A stretch of 64,000 bases of DNA from Klebsormidium nitens (Eukaryota; Plantae; Klebsormidiophyceae), in assembly GCA_000708835.1 (NCBI GenBank), contig DF237026.1, positions 169,151 through 233,150 of the forward strand, given 5' to 3'. Position numbers and translations under genes: made by a program. Below are positions 57,880 through 64,000 of this stretch, piece after piece. The notes beneath the pieces were generated by a model. The model searched no databases and was not told the origin of the DNA. It saw only the letters and a program-made list of their open reading frames with translations. The stretch's first letter is position 1. Each line of letters opens with the position of its first letter.

Positions 57880-60800
57880 TCAGTCCCCGGTTAATTTCCA
57901 CGAACCCGGTGTACTTGTTGGGGCTTCCTTTTCAAGCAGCCGGTTCAACACGGAATGCATCAAATCGTTTCCAAGTGGCGGCTCATTCTGTGCTTGTCTG
58001 GCTCCCTCGGCTCCTTTTAGCCGCCGCTTCGTTTCTAAATCTTTCGGTTTTAGCTCAACAGCAGACAGGGTCAGAGTACCGTCTTTTCGAAGTGCGTCGG
58101 GCCGCACACCAGCTTTGTGTGCGGCCAGCACACCCACGGCCTCCCAATAGTTGGCCACGTGGATCTGCAGAAGGAAGGAGACAGGTAAGCACGACGGCGA
58201 CATTTAGAGAAGGAAAGGGCACGTGAAAAGACAGAGTATCCTCAAGGAGAGAGAAATACACAAGGAAGACGGTAACGACCTGAGGAAGGAAAGGGCACGT
58301 TTAAGCACGAAGCTGAAGTTGTGAAAAGGGAACAGGCACGCAAGGAAGGTGGACACAGTGTCTCAAAGGCGTAGAGCAGTTGCTGTGTGTCTCAATAATC
58401 TTTTCGATGGGATGAACTCCATCGCTGCGGGCGGTGTCAAGAACTTCGATTTTGATATAGGGAGGAACCACAACGGAGATCCTTTGAACAGAGTTCCAAT
58501 CAGTAATTTATTAAACTTTGCGGGAGCTCGATTACTGAGGTGACGCAGGCTGACCACAGAGTACGCCCGATCGAAAGGGTGGTGCCAAAAGAAACGCACG
58601 AAGCCTGACGCAGAACATTATAGGTGTGCTTCAAAAGCGAGATTTGACGGGTGAGAGCTCGATGAAGCCCTGCATGGCCCTCAAAAGTCAAACGGTGTCT
58701 CGATACGCATGGGTCTGGCGAGGATCTTAACCGCTTTGAAGGAGTACGGACTTTGCAAGAATCGGCGCCTAAGAATTTCCCCTTGAGTAGAGTTCTTATG
58801 CTTACCGCGTTAAGTCCCACTCGCCCCGGGGTGTCTTCCAGCACCGTCTCGTTTTCGCCCACCGCTATGATCAGCGGCGGCTTCTTTCCTAACACCCCCC
58901 TCGAAAATGCTAGTGTCCCGACCCCTCCACAGGCGTCCGCAGGCACAATCACAGCGTCCACGTCTTCCCCGAGCACTGCCCCGGCCACTCCCCGGCCGTC
59001 GTCTTGGCGAACGGGGCCGTTTTGGTGGTTAACCGGGCCGTTTTGGACACTAACTGGGCTGCCCCGGGGAACAAATTGGGGCGCACGAGAGAGGCCGGCG
59101 AGCACACATGGGAAGAAAGTGTAACCAATCTGCAAAGAGGTGTTGGGATTGGCTTAGTGGGTATTTGAAGTTAGGAAGGAAACAAGGTCAAAGGAAGCCC
59201 AAAGTCTGGGGGCAAACGATCAAGCCCCTATGAGAAAATGACAGCTGTTCGAAAGGGAAAAGAATATGAAAAGGTCAAGTTGGAAAGGAAAAGCTACGCA
59301 ATTTGGGGATTCAGGAAAACCGCAAACCAATAGATTAGACGAAGGAGGGTTGCTTCAGAGTAGTTCTTAGGCTAGACTGGTAAGCTTTAGCGAACGGTGT
59401 TTCAACAAGCAAAGCCGGGTTGCGCTCCAAAGGATACTGCTCATCCTCGCTTGTGGCGAGACGTGCAAGGGCGTTTTAAAAAGTAGAACCGTGATGAAGG
59501 AAACGCTCAGAAGTGCTCATGCAACTTTGAACCTTTCAGAACCCCAAACCCGCCTCTCTTCTGCGGCCGACCGCGGCTCCTCGTGAGGTTTGCCAGCAAC
59601 TCTACCGACACAAACTCAGACAGCAAAGGCTCAGAACCGTGGGCTGAACCAAAGTCAGAACCAGATCCAAACCCCGCACCTCTTCCACGGCCGACCGCGG
59701 CGAGACCTCCTCTAGGCTGAGCAGCGAAACCCCCATAGAAGACAGAGTGCTGAAATCGGAAACCTCCAAAACTCTGAACCTCGCACCTCCTCCGCGGCCG
59801 ACCGCGGCGACACCTCCTGGAGGCTGAGCGGCGCGAGCGCTAAAGCGTGCAAAGGCTCGAAACCTGGTTTAAACGAAACACAAACCCAAAATCAAACCCG
59901 AACCCGCACCTCCTCTGCGGCCGACCGCGGCGAGACCTCTTGCAGGCTAAGCGGCGCGAGCGCGGGCGCGTGCGCGCACGGGATGCCGAACCGCTCCACC
60001 ACCATGTGGCTGATCACGGCCTCGACACCTGCCAACGCATCTACGCCCTGCGAAAGCGGAAGAGGGTCACGAGATTAGTAGAGTGTAGTATAGTACAGTT
60101 GAGACGCTCCAAATATACGCGATGCCGAACCGCTCGAACACCATGTGGCTGATCACGGCCTGTACGCCGCCGAGCGCGTCGACTCCCTGTGGAAACGAAA
60201 CAACGGAAAGTGTTCAGCGGAAGCACTTCTCGGAACAGCGGAAATATTCAGCGGAAGCACTTCTCGAACCAGTCGAGAGCCGACAGACTTCGTTAAATGG
60301 TAGTACATACGATTCCAGAAGAAATCAGATGTAAAATACTCAACAGGATCCTGCAACGTTGACCTCACCAAATTCCTGGGATTCGAGATAAAAAGATCAA
60401 GGTGGATTTTTCCTTTGCACCTTGTGCATCATTTCAAACCTGAACCATTGTCTTGAATTGCGTCGAACCTTCGAAAGCGCCGTTTCAACTCAACATTATC
60501 GAGCTTCAAAGGTGGGACCCTTAGCAAATATTAACAGCAAGGGTTGCTGCCAAAATCAGCCAAAGTCACGGGCACAAAGAACCTCGGTTAGCAATTGAGT
60601 TATCCCTAACCTCACCTGCCCCTGTCTATAATCCACAAGCTCCTCTTCCGCATCGTCCGGAAACCGCCCAACAACTGCAATTGCCTCCGCCCCACACTCG
60701 TCAACCAAGTACTTAACCGCGTCCAATAACCCGTCCGGGTTCCAAAGCCGCCCGGTCGACTTTCCCGTCTCATTATCGATCCACTTTTCCACCCCGAGAG

Positions 60801-62850
60801 GGGAATCCGTAACGGCGACCCCGCCAATGTCGAGCCCGAGAGTCGCTTGCGCGGCATCCGCGACTTGCATGTGACGGAGACGTAGGTCGGGCTCGATTGC
60901 AGAGTCGAGAATGATACCTGAAATTGTGGGTTAAGAAGCTAATCAGCGTAACCCAGGTAGAGGGAACTTAGGAAGCACCAAGTAAAACACCCCGACAGTT
61001 GCGTCCGCCGCGTCCGCAACTTGCTTGTGCCGTAATAGAAGATCAGGCTCGATCGCAAGCAAGTACGTCGAGTATGAGACCTGCAAATGTTGGTCAAAAA
61101 AATGGGGTTTCAGCGTAACCCAGATTGAGGATTCAGGAAGCGCAGGGTTAGATTCTTGAACAGTGTCAAGCCCGGGGGTCACTTGCGCCGCGTCGGCGAC
61201 TTGCATGTGACGGAGACGTAGGTCGGGCTCGATTGCAGTGTCGAGTACATTGCCTGCAAGTGCGGTCAGAATAGTTCACTAAAGTAACCCAGGTTAAGGA
61301 TCCAGAAAGCGGAAGTTTAGACTCTTGAACAGTGTCAAGGCCGAGGGTTGCTTGCGCCATGTCCGCGACTTGCATGTAACGGAGACTAAGGTCGGGCTCG
61401 ATAGCAGAGTCCAGGAGTATACCTGGAGATGCAGGCAACGATAATGGGAGTTCTACCCACTTTGTAAAACGGACTTCAAAATGCAAAAGTTCAGGGCAAA
61501 TACCGAGGCTTTTGCTGGGCAAGAACACTGCTTGGGCCGATGTTCACAACCTAAATGCAACGAGTTCGACGCTCGGGTTTGATGCCTGTGTCCACCCAAA
61601 ATTTTCCTGAAGGGTTTGCTGGGATAAGGGTGAATCGCGAGTCCGTCAAAAACCTCACCAGCCCGCTCTTCAAATGAGGCGATCCACTCTCAAAAAATGC
61701 TACCATGATTTTAACTACAGACGCCAACAGTGCTTGGTTTTGGGAAGAGGGCGACGACGATGAACGGAATGCTCAGGAACCTGGGTTCTGGAACAGTTGC
61801 ATCTCCACGAAAGCATGCAGTGACCGTGACAATTTCGTTGTACAGGCGTTGTGAAAGAAACGACTGCTGTATTGAAGCCGACAGAAGCTCGGGATCATAT
61901 CCGTTCAGAATCTGTCCGTAGAGAGGATGCAGATACCCGCTGCAACGTGTAAGATCCATTTCACTGATCCCAGCTCATGCGGAAGCCATTCAGAGCGCTG
62001 AGAACGGAAGGCACAGCCTTTCAGAAGAGGTGTACGTACCAATCCGGTTCTGGTGCACAGGCCGGAGGGCCCAATCGCCACGGGCAAAGGCGTCGAGACC
62101 AAAGCCCTCGACGTAGAGCGTGTTCGGAAGGGGCCAGTAGAGCATGGCGCCGTTTAAAACCTGGTCAAGGCGTAAGTAACGGGTCAAAAAGAGATGGTAC
62201 AGGAAGGGTGGGACCTCGGAATGGGAGAGGAGGCTGGGAATTATAGAGACTGGTGACAAGATCGGACTGGATGAAAACGCAGTCTTAACGCCGTCTGCAA
62301 TATATTTTGGAGCCGACCATGATAGGTAGGGTCGAATCGATTGCACCATCTTCAGACCAGCATCATATGGACGAGTGTGCAGATTGCCAGCTTCCCAAAG
62401 CCCGTATCCCCAAAAAGAACCCGCCTCTAATACTGCCACCGGTTGTTATCAAATATTGACTGGGGTTGACAGCTGATGAAGCCGTTTCCTTGCAGGACTT
62501 TCCGCTCTCTACTATTGCACGCCCATTTTCGGACATTTTCCGAGATAATTACTTGATTCACAGATCCACTCGTCCAGCACACCACAGAGGTGAAGGAAAG
62601 CCTCAGCTTCTAAGTATTCGATACGGCAAGAGGAGGAAGAACAGGGCCAGGCAAGCTAGTACTGTCTCCTACTCAGCGCTGCAAGGGACAAACCTCAAAG
62701 CGGCTTACATTCGGATGCGTGATCAGGCAGTCCACAACAGAGGAGACGGTGCGGGCCACTGGGAGAGCATCCCCTGCAAACCCGCCAATCGCCGCACCGA
62801 CGCCGGTTGGTATGATAAGTACGGCGGTGTAAGGTCGCCGCGCGGGGGCT
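57880..62850 (-). CDS. DUF3326 family protein (cyanobacterial/plastid-type); first (transit peptide) exon probably ~63000-63120
   Basis: Exons encode YTAVLIIPTGVGAAIGGFAGDALPVAR, LITHPNVLNGAMLYWPLPNTLYVEGFGLD, HQNRIGIILDSAIE, EAIAVVGRFPDD, GVDALAGVEAVISHMVVERFGIPCAHAPAL, SPRSAAEEIGYTF, VIVPADACGG and YWEAVGVLAAHKAG. Confidence 0.9.
59545..60200 (-). repeat. Three donor echoes and one acceptor echo around DUF3326 exon ~60050-59910
   Basis: GCCGCGGTCGGCCG(C/T)(A/G)GA(G/A)GAG followed by a donor-like g(t/a)g at ~59785, ~59680 and ~59555. A cag|GGAGTCGACGCGCTCGGCGGCGTACAGGCCGTGATCAGCCACATGG copy lies at ~60190. Confidence 0.85.
60990..61430 (-). repeat. Three acceptor echoes (~95 nt of exon each) of the DUF3326 exon starting 60917
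   Basis: cag|G...ATCGAGCC(C/T)GA...CAAGT(C/T)GC(G/C)GAC copies start at ~61083, ~61255 and 61422. Confidence 0.9.
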
Positions 62851-62929
62851 GACGGGTATGCAGAGGCGCGGCAGGTTTGGGTTTCTGGTCGGCGGCCATG
62901 TCTCTTGCCTGAGCATCAATAGAAGGGGA

Positions 62930-63006
62930 AGAATGTGAATGTTTGAATGTTTGATACAGCGGTTTGCTCTAGTTGACACGTGAATGTTTGAATGTTTGAA
63001 TGTTTG
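62930..63006. repeat. (TGAATGTT)n short repeat
   Basis: Two clusters of tgaatgtt units in the presumed first intron of the DUF3326 gene. Confidence 0.6.
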
Positions 63007-63307
63007 TCTGACAGACACGGCGGCTTGCTTTGCTTGACGTGCAAGTAGTTCTGGGGGACAGTGTTCCAACAGGAACAGCTGAGTAAACGTGGTTGTTAGG
63101 ACAGCGATGACACGTGCGCGTCATTTGTATTTGTGCTCCCAGTGAGAGCAAGTCTTTTCTGGAACTTAATCACTCTAACTCACTCTAATCACAATCAAAA
63201 TTGCAACTACTTGCCCCCTTCCAACTCCAATAGCAAGAATGCCAATCCCTGTTGAGAGGTTTGTTGAAAGGTTTGGAGGGCAAAGAACGCACACAGCACG
63301 GCATGAC

Positions 63308-63413
63308 TGCTTCTGTCCACGTTCCCTGATGCACCCTATGTCATGTTGTGCAAACCATCCTGCTTCTGTCCACGTTCCCTGATGCACCCTATGTCATGTT
63401 GTGCAAACCATCC
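63308..63413. repeat. Perfect 53-bp tandem duplication
   Basis: tgcttctgtccacgttccctgatgcaccctatgtcatgttgtgcaaaccatcc occurs twice with no mismatches. Confidence 0.95.
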
Positions 63414-64000
63414 TTGTGTGGCAGGCTCGGAAGCCCCACAAGACCTGATTAGCAGGTTTGATGGAGCTGCAGCCTTTCTGCTGACCTTTTAGCGGTTGCA
63501 CGCCGCCTGCCAACGCCGGTCCATCGCCCCCAAGCAGCTCTTTTCTGACCGTCAACCCACAGAATGCTGCGCACTTCTTCTGATCCCGTAATCGGCGTAC
63601 CTTACGACCTAGCGTTTGGTCGGCACGCCCTCCACCTCTGACCTGGACAATGTGGCGACCCTGTGAGTGAGGATGTGCTGGATTGAGAACCAGCTTATTT
63701 GCAGAAGAGCAAGATGTGGTGGTGCAGAGAGTACTCCGTTCTGAGTATGCTGGCGTCACTAAGAACGGAGTACTTGTTGAGAATGCCATCATTGTGGTCA
63801 TGCGGAACACATGAGATGCCCTTGAATGCAGAGTGAGGTCTTAGACACTTGATGCCCACAGGAGATATGATGGCACACGGCCAGGACCCCAATGCCTCCC
63901 CAATGCTTGAGCGAAGCAATGTTTAGCGCCCCTTCGAAATCTCACTTGAAGTTGCTTCACGCTTTTGACCACTTTCTTGTTGAGATCTAGGCTTGAGGGG

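Noticed and set aside
62163-62439. Open frame extending upstream of the DUF3326 exon VLNGAMLYW
   Set aside because: The family sequence runs directly THPN-VLN, so this stretch is intron that happens to lack stops.
63394-63919. Minus-strand ORFs near the window end as a degraded transposase
   Set aside because: No catalytic or family motifs recognised; frames are broken.

Overview
This is an intron-rich eukaryotic window from the green plant lineage. A nuclear-encoded plastid ribosomal protein S6 and a DUF3326 gene support that, and the GC-rich exons and intron style suggest a streptophyte alga such as Klebsormidium (inference). I can support 8 protein-coding loci: a plastid RPS6 3' exon (+), a ZIF/ZIFL-type MFS transporter (-), a ~2045-aa CAMSAP/Patronin-like protein (+), a 207-aa secreted Cys-rich protein (+), a CSC1/OSCA-like channel (-), a DEAH-box helicase (+), an SDR oxidoreductase (-) and a DUF3326 protein (-). 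Other features are a tRNA-derived SINE-like insert with a 20-bp target-site duplication, an inverted decayed copy of part of a CAMSAP exon, minisatellites and a 20-N gap. Two signals stand out. (1) 'Splice-junction echoes': at about 15 junctions in 5 genes, the intron carries 1-4 tandem copies of the splice site plus the neighbouring 25-95 nt of exon. In four hand-counted comparisons these apparently non-coding copies differ from the true exon mostly at synonymous sites. (2) A complete CAMSAP architecture (N-terminal region, CAMSAP-type CH domain, coiled coils, CKK domain) plus an extra CH-like domain, in a plant-lineage genome. All gene models were hand-spliced from GT/GC-AG signals and frame continuity; no database searches were run.
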